The position numbers and the translations under genes are program-made. A DNA stretch of 42,409 nt, from NCBI GenBank assembly GCA_038231875.1, contig JBBSIX010000001.1, positions 1-42,409 on the forward strand. Reading direction: 5' to 3'. This DNA comes from Chloroflexia bacterium. Lineage in GTDB: Bacteria; Chloroflexota; Chloroflexia; QHBQ01; JADMIH01. Below the pieces are notes generated by a model that did no database searches, was not told where the DNA came from, and saw only the letters and a list, made by a program, of their open reading frames with translations. This document shows, piece after piece, positions 24,135-38,701 of this stretch. Position 1 is the first letter of the stretch. The number at the start of each line of letters is the position of its first letter.

Positions 24135-24245
24135 GATAAGTTACCTCCGTATTCCAGGCGCTTTTCCATCTACGCCCGCCTATCACCGGAGCATGATACA
24201 TGCCAGGGCATATGCGCGCCGAGACATGTAATTCTCGCCTTCCGG

Positions 24246-26054
24246 CTACTCCTGCACCGCGATATGCAAGTCCGAGAGGGAGCGTTCCTGTACCGGAGAG
24301 GGTGCGCCCATCATCAGGTCGCGGGCTTGGGCGGTTTTGGGGAAGGCGATTACCTCGCGGATGTTGTTTTCACCCGCCAGCAGCATCACCAGGCGGTCTA
24401 TACCGGGGGCGATGCCGCCGTGTGGGGGTGCGCCGAAGTCGAAGGCAGCCAGCAGATGGCCGAAGCGCTGTTGTATCTCCTCAGGCGTGTAGCCCATAAG
24501 CTCAAACACACGCGCCTGCAAATCGCGCTCGTGGATACGTATTGAGCCGGTGCAAAGTTCAAAGCCGTTGCACACCACGTCATATGCGGCTGCGCGCACC
24601 GACCCAGGTTCTGTTTCGAGTAAATGCACGTCTTCGGGAAGGGGTGCGGTGAAGGGGTGGTGTACGGCATCCCAACGGCCTTCTTCCATATTCCATTCCA
24701 GCATGGGCGGATCTATCACCCAGGCGAACGCCAACAGATCGTTATCCGGTAGGTCGAGCCGCCGGGCCATCTCCACCCGCAGCCTGCCCAATACATCCCG
24801 CACAATAGGGGTGTGGTCGGCCACGATAAGCAGCAAATCGCCCGGCTCGGTTTGCATGGCTTCAACCACTCCCTGCACCTCAGCCTCGCTGAGGAACTTG
24901 GCCGCCGGACCGCGCAGAGAAGCGCCTTCGCCCTCTGATGGTTCAACAGCCAGCCACACCAGACCTTTCGCGCCGTATCGCTTGGCCGTTTCAGTGATGT
25001 CGTCAAGCTCCCGGCGAGTGTAACCCCCCGCACCCTGCACCCGGATGCCGGCCACCAGTCCGCCCGCTTCAATCGCGTTTGCAAAGACCGCAAAGCCGCT
25101 GTTCGGCACCACACCGTCCAGCTCGACGATCTCCATACCGAAGCGCATGTCGGGCTTGTCGTTGCCGAAACGAGCCATAGACTCCTGGTAGGTAATGCGG
25201 GGGAACGGCTCGGCCATGCTTTTCTTGTCTGAGACCGTCTGCACAAGTTCGATGAAAAGCTGTTCGACTAGCTGAAGCACATCCTCGCGCTCCACAAAGC
25301 TCATCTCGATGTCCAGTTGGGTAAACTCCGGCTGGCGGTCTGCGCGGAGGTCTTCGTCGCGAAAGCACCGAGCGATCTGAAAGTAGCGGCCAATACCGGC
25401 CACCATGAGCAGTTGCTTGAACTGCTGAGGCGACTGGGGCAGGGCATAGAACTCCCCAGCATGTAGGCGGCTGGGCACCAGGTATGCACGTGCGCCCTCC
25501 GGCGTGTCGTTGGTAAGCACCGGCGTTTCGATCTCGATGAAGTTCCTTGCGTCCAGATAGTCGCGGATGAACTTGATGACGCGATGGCGCAGGGCCATGT
25601 TACGCTGCATGCGCGGGCGGCGCAGGTCCAGATAGCGATACTTGAGGCGCAGTGTTTCCTCCGGCTCGATGCTGCCGGCTATCTCGAACGGCAGAGGCTT
25701 GGCCTCGTTGAGCACCTCTACCGTGTCGGCCACCACCTCAACCTTGCCGGTTTGCAGGTTGGGGTTCACCCGGTCCTCGCCGCGCCTATCAACCCGCCCT
25801 TGAACGCGGAGCACGTACTCGGAGCGTACCTCCTCAGCGATCTTGTGTATCTGCGGGTTTTGCTCACGGTTGAACACGATCTGAGTCATACCTGTGTGGT
25901 CGCGCAGGTCAACAAAGATCAGCGCGCCCTGGTCCCGGCGCCTATGCACCCAGCCGTTTAGTTGCACCTCACGTCCGGCGTCCTCGGCCCGTAGCTCACC
26001 GCAACCAACCTTTGCGTATCTTTGTTGTTCGCCGTGTTCCCAACTTGGTTCCAT
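24246..26054 (-). CDS. aspS: aspartate--tRNA ligase (bacterial type)
   Basis: OB-fold N-terminus VQLNGWVHRRRDQGALIFVDLRDHTG. Class II motifs FYALPQSPQQFKQLLM, FRDEDLRADRQPEFTQLD and GGIAPGIDRLVMLL. AGGAGG SD before the ATG at 26054. The upstream 45 codons in the ORF track are non-homologous. Confidence 0.95.
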   Translation of the reverse strand: MEPSWEHGEQQRYAKVGCGELRAEDAGREVQLNGWVHRRRDQGALIFVDLRDHTGMTQIVFNREQNPQIHKIAEEVRSEYVLRVQGRVDRRGEDRVNPNLQTGKVEVVADTVEVLNEAKPLPFEIAGSIEPEETLRLKYRYLDLRRPRMQRNMALRHRVIKFIRDYLDARNFIEIETPVLTNDTPEGARAYLVPSRLHAGEFYALPQSPQQFKQLLMVAGIGRYFQIARCFRDEDLRADRQPEFTQLDIEMSFVEREDVLQLVEQLFIELVQTVSDKKSMAEPFPRITYQESMARFGNDKPDMRFGMEIVELDGVVPNSGFAVFANAIEAGGLVAGIRVQGAGGYTRRELDDITETAKRYGAKGLVWLAVEPSEGEGASLRGPAAKFLSEAEVQGVVEAMQTEPGDLLLIVADHTPIVRDVLGRLRVEMARRLDLPDNDLLAFAWVIDPPMLEWNMEEGRWDAVHHPFTAPLPEDVHLLETEPGSVRAAAYDVVCNGFELCTGSIRIHERDLQARVFELMGYTPEEIQQRFGHLLAAFDFGAPPHGGIAPGIDRLVMLLAGENNIREVIAFPKTAQARDLMMGAPSPVQERSLSDLHIAVQE

Positions 26055-26180
26055 CTGCTTTCCTCCTAACTGTGTCGAATTGAACCCTGTGCCTTGTTCG
26101 TTCTGTATGTATAATAGAAGAGGCTTGTTTCGATTGCCCGTGACATAGCCATAGCTGTGAACGTTCACATCGGATGATGG

Positions 26181-26489
26181 TTGGAGCACATTATGATCGC
26201 CTGGTTATTTTTGTTGTTGCTGCTCGCCGCTGAGGTTGCCGGCCTTACCCGGTGGCTGCGGCGGGAGTATTACCCGTTCTTCTTTAGCGGTCGTGCGCCC
26301 TTGATCTACGCTGCGGCGCTGGCCCTCGATTTTATTCTCACCTGGCTCGTCTCCTTCTTAATTACCCCCGGCGGCACGTTCGGCACCGCTGTGCTTGCGT
26401 TGCTGGGGGTGACACTTGTGGTGGTAGTGGCTGTGCTGACGGTGTTCTTCCGGTGGGTGGTGCGCCACGACATGAATAGTACAAAGTAG
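26181..26489 (+). CDS. small hypothetical membrane protein (about 3 TM helices)
   Basis: Hydrophobic segments WLFLLLLLAAEVAGL, LIYAAALALDFILTWLVSFLI and AVLALLGVTLVVVVAVLTVFF. Followed directly by a strong terminator. The start may be the ATG at 26193. Confidence 0.6.
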   Translation: MEHIMIAWLFLLLLLAAEVAGLTRWLRREYYPFFFSGRAPLIYAAALALDFILTWLVSFLITPGGTFGTAVLALLGVTLVVVVAVLTVFFRWVVRHDMNSTK

Positions 26490-26501
26490 AGCTCACAACG
26501 T

Positions 26502-26540
26502 CAAAAGAGGAGAGGCCCTGCATGAGCCTCTCCTCTTTTG
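26502..26540. terminator. bidirectional intrinsic terminator (small membrane ORF / rpoC)
   Basis: CAAAAGAGGAGAGGC-cctgcatga-GCCTCTCCTCTTTTG: a perfect 15-bp stem flanked by A- and T-runs. Confidence 0.85.
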
Positions 26541-26557
26541 CTGCTCAGTGCAGGGTA

Positions 26558-31279
<4,722 letters not shown>

Positions 31280-31328
31280 CCCTATTGGAACTCAAACCTG
31301 TTTGTGTCGTCTTTGTAGTGCCGTCCCT

Positions 31329-34300
31329 CTAAATACGGTCCCTTTCATCGGACTCGAAGCCGCTGAGGTTGATGCCTTCGAGTTCGGAGAGGGTATCGGC
31401 GGCGGCGTCCTCGCTGAGGGCCAACGGCACATCGTCCTCTGTGTACACCTCTACGTCGAGGCCGAGCGCCTGTAGCTCTTTGACGAGCACCTTGAACGAC
31501 TCCGGCACTCCCACTTCCATAATGCTTTCGCCCTTGACGATAGCCTCGTAGGTCTTGACTCGGCCCATAACATCATCGGACTTGACGGTAAGCATCTCCT
31601 GTAGGATGTGCGCCGCGCCGTAGGCTTCGAGCGCCCACACCTCCATCTCGCCGAACCGCTGGCCGCCGAATTGCGCTTTGCCGCCCAGAGGCTGCTGGGT
31701 AACGAGGCTGTAGGGGCCGGTGGACCGGGCGTGTATCTTATCTTCAACGAGGTGGGCCAACTTGAGCATATATATCTGGCCCACTGTTACCGGGTTGTCG
31801 AAGCGGTCTCCGGTACGCCCATCGTAGAGGTCCACCTTGCCGTCGCGGGGCAGCCCTGCCCGCTCAAGCTCATCGTGTATGACATCTTCGGAGGCTCCGT
31901 CGAACACCGGGGTAGCCACCTTGTAGCCAAGCTTTTCGGCGGCCCAACCCAGGTGCGTTTCCAGTATCTGGCCGATGTTCATGCGGTGAGGCACGCCCAA
32001 TGGGTTGAGGATAATGTCCACAGGTGTACCGTCGGGCAGGAAGGGCACGTCCTCGATGGGCAGGATGCGGGAGATAACGCCTTTGTTGCCGTGCCGCCCG
32101 GCCATCTTGTCGCCCACTGAAATCTTACGCTTCTGTGCGATAGAAACGCGCACCATCTGGCTCACGCCGGCCGGAAGCTCATCGTTGTTGGCGCGAGAGA
32201 ACTGTCTTACATCAATCACCTTGCCGCGCACGCCGTGAGGCACGCGCAGAGAGGTATCTTTCACTTCGCGGGCTTTCTCGCCGAAGATAGCGCGCAGGAG
32301 CCGTTCCTCTGGGGTCAATTCCGTTTCGCCCTTGGGGGTGATCTTGCCGACCAGGATGTCGTTGGCCGTAACCTCGGCGCCTACATAGATAATGCCCCTG
32401 TCGTCCAGGTTCTTGAGACTATCCTCGCCCACATTGGGGATGTCGCGGGTGATCTCCTCCGGGCCGAGCTTTGTTTCGCGGGCCTCCACCTCATACTTTT
32501 CGATATGTATGGAGGTAAACACATCGTCCATCACCAGGCGCTGCGAGATGAGGATAGCGTCCTCGAAGTTGCCCCCTTCAAAGCTCATAAAGGCCACCAG
32601 GATGTTCTGCCCCAGGGCAAGCTCCCCGTTCTCCGACGAGGACGAATCGGCTATAACCGTGCCCACATGCACCCGGTCGCCCGACTTGGCGAGGGGACGC
32701 TGGTTGATGCAGGTGTCCTGGTTGGAACGCACGAACTTGGCTAGGTTGTACTCGTGCTCGGTACCCTCATCATCACGGATTACGATCACCGAGGCGTCGG
32801 AGCGGATTACTGTGCCTTCCTGCTTGGCGAGCACCACCTGGCCGGAGTCGCGGGCTGCCTGCCACTCGATGCCGGTTCCCACGATGGGCGAGCGGGGTTG
32901 CAGCAGGGGAACCGCCTGGCGCTGCATGTTCGCGCCCATGAGCGCGCGGTTGGCATCGTCGTGCTCCAGGAACGGTATGAGCGCCGTCGCCACCGACACT
33001 ACCTGCTTGGGCGACACGTCCATGTAGTCTATGCGCTCGGCCGGCTCCTGTAGGAACTGCTGGTGGTGGCGGGACGTAACCGTGCGGTCGAGGAAGTAGC
33101 CGTCATCGTCCACGCGGGCATTTGCCTGGGCGATCACAAAGTTGTCTTCCACATCGGCGGATAGATACTCTATCGTGTCGGTTAGCTTGGGGCGTACCTT
33201 GATGCGAGCCAGTTCGGTGGCGGCTATCTTTTTCGCCAGCTTCGCGTCCACCGTCGTGTCCGCTTCGGCCAGCGTTTTTCCGCTGCCGCTCTCGATTTTT
33301 TCACGGAGGACGTGGCCCACCAACTCATCCGCCGTGTTGTTCACGGTGCTGACCACCTTGCGGTAGGGCGTTTCGATAAAGCCGAACTCGTTGATGCGAG
33401 CGTAGGTAGCCAGGGAGCCGATGAGGCCGATGTTGGGGCCTTCGGGCGTTTCCACCGGGCAGATACGACCGTAGTGGCTCTCGTGTACGTCGCGCACATC
33501 AAAACCTGCGCGGTCACGGGAGAGGCCGCCAGGCCCCAGGGCCGATAGGCGGCGCTTGTTGTTAAGCTCCGAGAGGGGGTTGGTCTGGTCCATGAACTGC
33601 GAAAGCTGCGAACCGCCAAAGAACTCGCGCATAGCGGCCACCACCGGGCGGATGTTGATCAGCGCGCCGGGGGAAGCGCTTTCGGGGTCCTGGATAGACA
33701 TGCGCTCTTTGATCACGCGCTCCATACGCAGCAGACCCACGCGGAATTGCTGCTGGATCAGTTCGCCCACTGCGCGCACGCGGCGGTTGCCCAGGTGGTC
33801 AATGTCGTCGGGGCGGGCGCCGGACAGGGGGTCAAGCTCGCGGTTGTTGAGCACTATCATCTGCTCGACGATCTTCACTAGGTCTTCGTTGGTAAGCACG
33901 CGCTTGTCAATAGCCACATCGAGGCCCAGGCGCTTATTCAGCTTGTAGCGGCCCACCTTGGCGAGGTCGTAGCGGCGCGCATTGAACAGCAGCGACTGAA
34001 GCAGGCTGTCTGCATTGTCGCGGGTGGGGGGGTCGCCGGGGCGCAACCTGCGATAGAACTCGATAACGGCCTCATCGCGGGCATCTTTGCCGGTGCGCTC
34101 CTGGATGCCGTCTTTGTCCATAGTGGACTGGATGTAATTGTGGTCCTGGTTGGTGTTGACGTGCTTGAACAGTTCGAGCAGTTGCTCGTCGTCGGCATAA
34201 CCGATGGCGCGCAGCAGTATCGTCACAGGTATCTTGCGTTTGCGGTCCACCTTGACGGACATTACATCCTTATTGGAAGTCTCGAACTCAAGCCAGGCGC

Positions 34301-34844
34301 CCCGGTTGGGGATGAGCTTCGCGCCGAAAAGCTGCCGGCCCGTGTTGGGGTCTTCGGTGGCGGTGAAGTAGGCGCCGGGAGAGCGCACAAGCTGGGAAAC
34401 TACCACGCGCTCGGCTCCGTGGATGACGAAGGTGCCGGTATCGGTCATGAGCGGGAAGTCACCCATGAAGATCTCGGATTCCTTGATTTCGCCTGTTTCT
34501 TTAATAAGTAGCTGCACCCTCACCCTGAGCGGTGCGGCGTATGTCATATCGCGCTGGCGGCACTCGAAGACGGAATAGCGCGGCTCGCCGAAATGAAAGT
34601 CGAGGAAGCGCAACTCCATATTCTTGCCGGTGAAGTCGGTGATGGGAGATATTTCCTCGAACAGTTCCAGCAGACCGTTGGTCCTGAACCACTCAAAGGA
34701 GTCGATTTGGATTTGGATAAGGTTGGGCATCGGCATTACGGAAGGTATCTTGCCGAAGTTACGCCTACCTATCATTTCTAAATACTGTTCATCGGTGTAG
34801 GTGGGGGGGAGGGGAGTGCTTTGCGGGCGGATAGCTGTCGTCAT
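31329..34844 (-). CDS. rpoB: DNA-directed RNA polymerase subunit beta
   Basis: Conserved blocks [37 protein letters not shown] and [26 protein letters not shown] upstream of the ATG at 34844. Confidence 0.97.
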   Translation of the reverse strand: MTTAIRPQSTPLPPTYTDEQYLEMIGRRNFGKIPSVMPMPNLIQIQIDSFEWFRTNGLLELFEEISPITDFTGKNMELRFLDFHFGEPRYSVFECRQRDMTYAAPLRVRVQLLIKETGEIKESEIFMGDFPLMTDTGTFVIHGAERVVVSQLVRSPGAYFTATEDPNTGRQLFGAKLIPNRGAWLEFETSNKDVMSVKVDRKRKIPVTILLRAIGYADDEQLLELFKHVNTNQDHNYIQSTMDKDGIQERTGKDARDEAVIEFYRRLRPGDPPTRDNADSLLQSLLFNARRYDLAKVGRYKLNKRLGLDVAIDKRVLTNEDLVKIVEQMIVLNNRELDPLSGARPDDIDHLGNRRVRAVGELIQQQFRVGLLRMERVIKERMSIQDPESASPGALINIRPVVAAMREFFGGSQLSQFMDQTNPLSELNNKRRLSALGPGGLSRDRAGFDVRDVHESHYGRICPVETPEGPNIGLIGSLATYARINEFGFIETPYRKVVSTVNNTADELVGHVLREKIESGSGKTLAEADTTVDAKLAKKIAATELARIKVRPKLTDTIEYLSADVEDNFVIAQANARVDDDGYFLDRTVTSRHHQQFLQEPAERIDYMDVSPKQVVSVATALIPFLEHDDANRALMGANMQRQAVPLLQPRSPIVGTGIEWQAARDSGQVVLAKQEGTVIRSDASVIVIRDDEGTEHEYNLAKFVRSNQDTCINQRPLAKSGDRVHVGTVIADSSSSENGELALGQNILVAFMSFEGGNFEDAILISQRLVMDDVFTSIHIEKYEVEARETKLGPEEITRDIPNVGEDSLKNLDDRGIIYVGAEVTANDILVGKITPKGETELTPEERLLRAIFGEKAREVKDTSLRVPHGVRGKVIDVRQFSRANNDELPAGVSQMVRVSIAQKRKISVGDKMAGRHGNKGVISRILPIEDVPFLPDGTPVDIILNPLGVPHRMNIGQILETHLGWAAEKLGYKVATPVFDGASEDVIHDELERAGLPRDGKVDLYDGRTGDRFDNPVTVGQIYMLKLAHLVEDKIHARSTGPYSLVTQQPLGGKAQFGGQRFGEMEVWALEAYGAAHILQEMLTVKSDDVMGRVKTYEAIVKGESIMEVGVPESFKVLVKELQALGLDVEVYTEDDVPLALSEDAAADTLSELEGINLSGFESDERDRI

Positions 34845-35078
34845 ATATCTTGGCTCCTATACTCGTGACTCGTGAAGGCTCGAAGGCTCGGAAGGCTACT
34901 TAGCTCTAAATGCTCACAACGCTCAGCCTTATACCAGGGTGGAACTATGTAGACGCAAAAGACGCAAAACACCCACCCCGTCGCCGCACGCCTTTGTGGG
35001 CGAAAACCGGACAGGTTGGGCTATTGGTCGCGTTTCTGCTGTATCATAAATGGGGGCTTGATTTACCCTGGACAGGCA

Positions 35079-35107
35079 ATTGTATCACATGGTGGAGGCT
35101 TTGTCAA
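35079..35107 (-). promoter_or_regulatory. near-consensus sigma70 promoter for rpoBC (TTGACA-17 nt-TACAAT)
   Basis: The minus strand reads ccTTGACAaagcctccaccatgtgaTACAATtgcc. -35 at 35107-35102 and -10 at 35084-35079. Implies a leader of about 225 nt. Confidence 0.65.
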
Positions 35108-35121
35108 GGGCATTTTCCGGT

Positions 35122-35197
35122 GTGTAAGTGTTCAGACTTGGGGTTGAGGAAATAGCCTCTCGACCTGTAGAGACCCACCCCATGCCTCCTCCCACAC
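35122..35197. repeat. MITE-like repeat family A, truncated copy 3 (left end plus about 50 bp of body)
   Basis: GTGTAAGTGTTCAGACTTGGGGTTGAGGAAATAG...GACCCACCCCATGCCTCCTCCCACAC aligns with 18224-18300. No right terminal repeat follows. Confidence 0.55.
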
Positions 35198-35272
35198 CCG
35201 CGTCTCATGCTGTGCTGGGCCAACTTCCTTGCCAGCCGGGTAATCTACCGCATCTTGAAAGTAGTTCTGCGC

Positions 35273-36985
35273 CTAGTGCAGCCCTATGACATTGCCCTGT
35301 TCATCTATGTCTATGTGCGCGCCTGCCGGGTCGGAGGGGAGGCCCGGCATCGTCATCATCTCACCACACAGGGGGTAGACAAAGCCCGCGCCCGCCGACA
35401 ATCGCACGTCGCGCACGGGCAGGGTGAAGCCGGTGGGACGGCCCTTGAGCCGGGGGTCGTGGGAGAGCGAGAGATGGGTCTTTGCCATGCAGATGGGCAG
35501 GTCGGCGTAGCCCATGCGGGTGATCGTCTTGATGCGAGCCTCGGCCTCGTCCGAGTACTCCACATCTCCTGCGCCGTACACCTGGCGAGCTATTGTTTCT
35601 ATCTTCTCCTTGATGCCCGCCTCCAGAGGGTAGAGGAAGCGGAACTCGGAAGGCTGCCGGCACGCTTCGACCACCGCGCGCGCCAGGTCGGTGGCTCCCG
35701 CCCCACCCCTTGCATAGTGAACGGCAGGCACGGCAGCAAAGGCCCCCGCTTGCCGCGCCACACGCTCGATGAGCGCCCACTCGGCCTCGGTGTCGGTGGG
35801 GAAGGCGTTGATGGCGACTACGGCAGGGAGGCCCATGCGTCGCACTGTCTCGATTTGGGCCACCAGATTGGCCGCGCCTTCTTCAAGGGCTGTAAGGTTC
35901 TCGGTGGTGAGGCCGGGGTCCAGCGGTTTGCCGGCTGTTACCTTAAAGCGGCCTGAGTGCATCTTGAGAGCGCGCACGGTAGCTACCACCACCGCCGCGT
36001 CGGGCCGCAGACCGCTGAGGCGGCACTTGATATCGCAGAACTTCTCAAAGCCCATGTCGGCCCCGAAGCCGGCTTCGGTGATAAGATAGTCAGTGCCCTT
36101 TATGCCGATGTAATCGGCCAGGATGGAGGAGTTGCCGTGGGCGATATTGGCAAAAGGGCCGCAGTGTACCAACGCAGGCGTGCCCTCGAGAGTCTGTAGC
36201 AGGTTGGGCTTGATAGCCTCCCGCAGCAGCACAGTCATGGCACCGGCCACGTGGAGGGCTTCCGCCGTGACCGGCTGCCTATCCTCGTCCTGACCCACGA
36301 TAATCTTGCCCAGGCGCGCCCGCAAGTCGAAGATGTCCCGGCATAGAGCCAGTATCGCCATGACCTCGGAGGCCACCGCGATGTCGAAGCCGCTCTGCCT
36401 GGGCACGCCGTTGCCCCGGCCGCCCAGGCCCTGCACGATCTCGCGCAGTGAGCGGTCCAGCGTGTCCATCACATGCCGCAGTTCGATGCGATTGACATCT
36501 ATCCTCAAGGGGTTGCCGTGATACAGGGAGGCGTCCATGAAGGAGGAGAGAAGATTGTGAGCGGCCGACACGGCATGGATATCGCCGGTCAGGTGCAGGT
36601 TCATGTCCTCCATCGGCACGACCTGGCTGTAGCCGCCCCCTGAGCCGCCTCCCTTGATGCCGAACACCGGACCCAGAGAGGGTTGTCGCAGCGCCACCAC
36701 AGAGCGTTTGCCTATGTGGTACATCGCCTGTGCCAGCCCGATTGAGGTGGTGGTCTTGCCTTCACCGAGGGGAGTAGGGGTGATGGCCGTTACAACAACG
36801 TATTTCGCGCTTGGCTCATCACGCCTTCGGCCAATCGCCTCCAACTTGATCTTGGCTTTGGCCGTGCCGTACAGCTCAATGTCGCCTTTATCAAGCCCCA
36901 TCATCTCGGCTACAGCCTCAATGGGCTTCAGCCGGACGGCGTGGGCTATCTCCAGTTCGGTCTTCGCGGGGCTAGGGTCGCTCAT
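35273..36985 (-). CDS. fhs: formate--tetrahydrofolate ligase
   Basis: ITPTPLGEGKTTTSIGL P-loop, GGGYSQVVPMEDMNLHLTGD and LVHCGPFANIAHGNSS. ATG at 36985, 13 nt after the folD stop. The longer ORF-track start overlaps folD. Confidence 0.95.
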   Translation of the reverse strand: MSDPSPAKTELEIAHAVRLKPIEAVAEMMGLDKGDIELYGTAKAKIKLEAIGRRRDEPSAKYVVVTAITPTPLGEGKTTTSIGLAQAMYHIGKRSVVALRQPSLGPVFGIKGGGSGGGYSQVVPMEDMNLHLTGDIHAVSAAHNLLSSFMDASLYHGNPLRIDVNRIELRHVMDTLDRSLREIVQGLGGRGNGVPRQSGFDIAVASEVMAILALCRDIFDLRARLGKIIVGQDEDRQPVTAEALHVAGAMTVLLREAIKPNLLQTLEGTPALVHCGPFANIAHGNSSILADYIGIKGTDYLITEAGFGADMGFEKFCDIKCRLSGLRPDAAVVVATVRALKMHSGRFKVTAGKPLDPGLTTENLTALEEGAANLVAQIETVRRMGLPAVVAINAFPTDTEAEWALIERVARQAGAFAAVPAVHYARGGAGATDLARAVVEACRQPSEFRFLYPLEAGIKEKIETIARQVYGAGDVEYSDEAEARIKTITRMGYADLPICMAKTHLSLSHDPRLKGRPTGFTLPVRDVRLSAGAGFVYPLCGEMMTMPGLPSDPAGAHIDIDEQGNVIGLH

Positions 36986-36998
36986 AAGACTGCCGGCG

Positions 36999-37919
36999 CT
37001 ACTGCCCCGCCGTTCCGAGATAACGGCGTATCGCCTTGAGGGTATTACGCAGCAGCATGGCATTAGTCATAGGGCCGGTGCCGCCGGGCACGGGGGTGAT
37101 GGCCGAGGCGCGTTGGGCGGCGGCCTCAAACTCTACGTCGCCGTGCATCTGCCCTTCGAGGATAGAGGTTCCGAAGTCGAGCACCACAGCCCCCGGCTTG
37201 ATGGCGCTGCCCTTGATAAGCCCCGGCTTGCCTACCGCCGAGGCCACAAGGTCGGACTCGGCAACCAGGGCAGCCAGGTCGCGGCTGCGGGAGTGGGCGA
37301 TTGTGACGGTGGCGTTGCGGTCAAGCAGCAGTTGGGCGAGCGGCCTGCCCACCACGTCGCTGCGCCCGACCACCAGCGCCCGCTTGCCCTCCACGCTCAA
37401 GCCGTAGTAGTCGAGCAAGGCAAGCCCTCCTGCGGGTGTGGCCGGCACAAATCCGTCCAGGCCCAACATCAGGCTGCCGATGTTCACCGGGTGGATGCCG
37501 TCTACGTCTTTGTTGGGGTCGAGCACGTCCACCAGCGCATCCAGACCGATATGTTGGGGCAGAGGCATCTGCACAATCACTCCGGCCACCTCCGGCAGCA
37601 CGTTGAGGCGACCCAACTCGGCCTGCAACATAGCTCTTGAGGCTGTTTGCGGCAACTCCACCACCTGCACCGCCAGCCCCACCTCCGAGAACGCTCTGGA
37701 GATGCGGTTGCTGTAGCTCACCGAGGCGGGGTCCGAACCGACCCGCAGCACTCCCAATCCGGGCAGCAGGCCAAATTGCCTCTTGAGCGCCTCGGCCTCC
37801 TGCTTGCACTGCTCACGCACCCCCTGGGCGACCTTGCGCCCATCCAGCAGCACCGGGCCAAGCGTCCGGTTGTCCCGCTCCCCGTGTTCCTTCTCAGTGT
37901 GCGGTGATACGGCTGTCAT
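36999..37919 (-). CDS. folD: bifunctional methylenetetrahydrofolate dehydrogenase/methenyltetrahydrofolate cyclohydrolase
   Basis: LLDGRKVAQGV, VGSDPASVSY, DVDGIHPVNIG, VVGRSDVVGRPLAQLLL and PVPGGTGPMT. The start overlaps the upstream stop (ATGA). Confidence 0.93.
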   Translation of the reverse strand: MTAVSPHTEKEHGERDNRTLGPVLLDGRKVAQGVREQCKQEAEALKRQFGLLPGLGVLRVGSDPASVSYSNRISRAFSEVGLAVQVVELPQTASRAMLQAELGRLNVLPEVAGVIVQMPLPQHIGLDALVDVLDPNKDVDGIHPVNIGSLMLGLDGFVPATPAGGLALLDYYGLSVEGKRALVVGRSDVVGRPLAQLLLDRNATVTIAHSRSRDLAALVAESDLVASAVGKPGLIKGSAIKPGAVVLDFGTSILEGQMHGDVEFEAAAQRASAITPVPGGTGPMTNAMLLRNTLKAIRRYLGTAGQ

Positions 37920-38701
37920 TGATCCCTCCGGCCCTGCATGACCGACTGGCTCTCTTTAGCCCCACGCGATAGCGCGGCTAATTCCGTGTCCGCCGGCAAA
38001 TGTTCCAGCGAATTCATCAGCAAGGTGCGATTGAGGCTGCTTACGTGGTCGGCCAGCACAACAGTGACGCCTGTGTTGCCGCTGCGAGCAGGCTTGAGTT
38101 GTTCCAGGTTGGTAAGGTCCCACTTGTTGAGAGCGGCGAGCAGGGCAGTGAGGGCCATGCCGTGAGTGACCACGACGATGGCCTGCCCCCGGTGGGCCGC
38201 AGTTGCTTCGGCATACCACAGGGCTAAACGCTGCTGCACCTCGTGTATGCTCTCCCCGCCCGGAACCTTGAAGCGATGGGCGCGCCATTGTGCAAGCTGC
38301 TCCGGATAGCGTTGCTCCACCTCGGCGCTTAATAGCCCTTGCCACTCGCCGACGTGTATTTCACGGATCGCGGGCACAAGTTCGGGCACCAACCCCAGCC
38401 GCTTGCCTATCGGTTGTGCGGTTTGCTGCGCCCGTTCGAGGTCGCTGGAGTAGAGCGCGCCGAACTGCACAGGCTGCCGGCCCAGCCAGTCGGCCAGCGC
38501 CTCTGCCTGCTGCTCGCCAACCTCGCTGAGCGGCACATCCAACTGGCCCTGGAAGCGTCGTTCCACGTTCCACTCCGTCTGCCCATGCCTGACCAGATAA
38601 ATCAGCGTCTGGTCCTCGCCTATCTTGTCCGGCAGCGCCTGTTCCGTCGGCTCTGTATCTTGTGTCGCTGCTTGGCTCATCGCTCTCCGCTCTACTGCCA
38701 T
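37916..38701 (-). CDS. histidine phosphatase family protein (phosphoglycerate-mutase-like)
   Basis: LIYLVRHGQTEWN (RHG catalytic motif), SDLERAQQTA and VVVTHGMAL. The start may be at 38680. Confidence 0.8.
   Translation of the reverse strand: MAVERRAMSQAATQDTEPTEQALPDKIGEDQTLIYLVRHGQTEWNVERRFQGQLDVPLSEVGEQQAEALADWLGRQPVQFGALYSSDLERAQQTAQPIGKRLGLVPELVPAIREIHVGEWQGLLSAEVEQRYPEQLAQWRAHRFKVPGGESIHEVQQRLALWYAEATAAHRGQAIVVVTHGMALTALLAALNKWDLTNLEQLKPARSGNTGVTVVLADHVSSLNRTLLMNSLEHLPADTELAALSRGAKESQSVMQGRRDQ

Noticed and set aside
26055-26180. T-box or other riboswitch leader upstream of aspS
   Set aside because: The intergenic region is only about 126 nt, which is too short for a T-box. There is no specifier-loop or T-box consensus (AANNNGGGTGGTACCGCG-like), only a 12-bp palindrome GTGAACGTTCAC that may be a protein-binding site.
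34910-35155. 81-aa plus-strand ORF in the fhs-rpoB intergenic region, and a 100-aa ORF at 18604..18906
   Set aside because: Neither has an SD. Both run across promoter or repeat elements, or into the antisense of a real gene. Their peptides are Trp/Cys/Lys-rich or Val/Ala repeats produced by the repeat DNA.
36654-37640. 328-aa plus-strand ORF spanning the fhs/folD junction, and 38339..39697 (452 aa) spanning the phosphatase and GNAT genes
   Set aside because: They are antisense to well-supported genes and cross gene boundaries. Their composition is dominated by Arg/Gly/His/Ala, so they are shadow ORFs.
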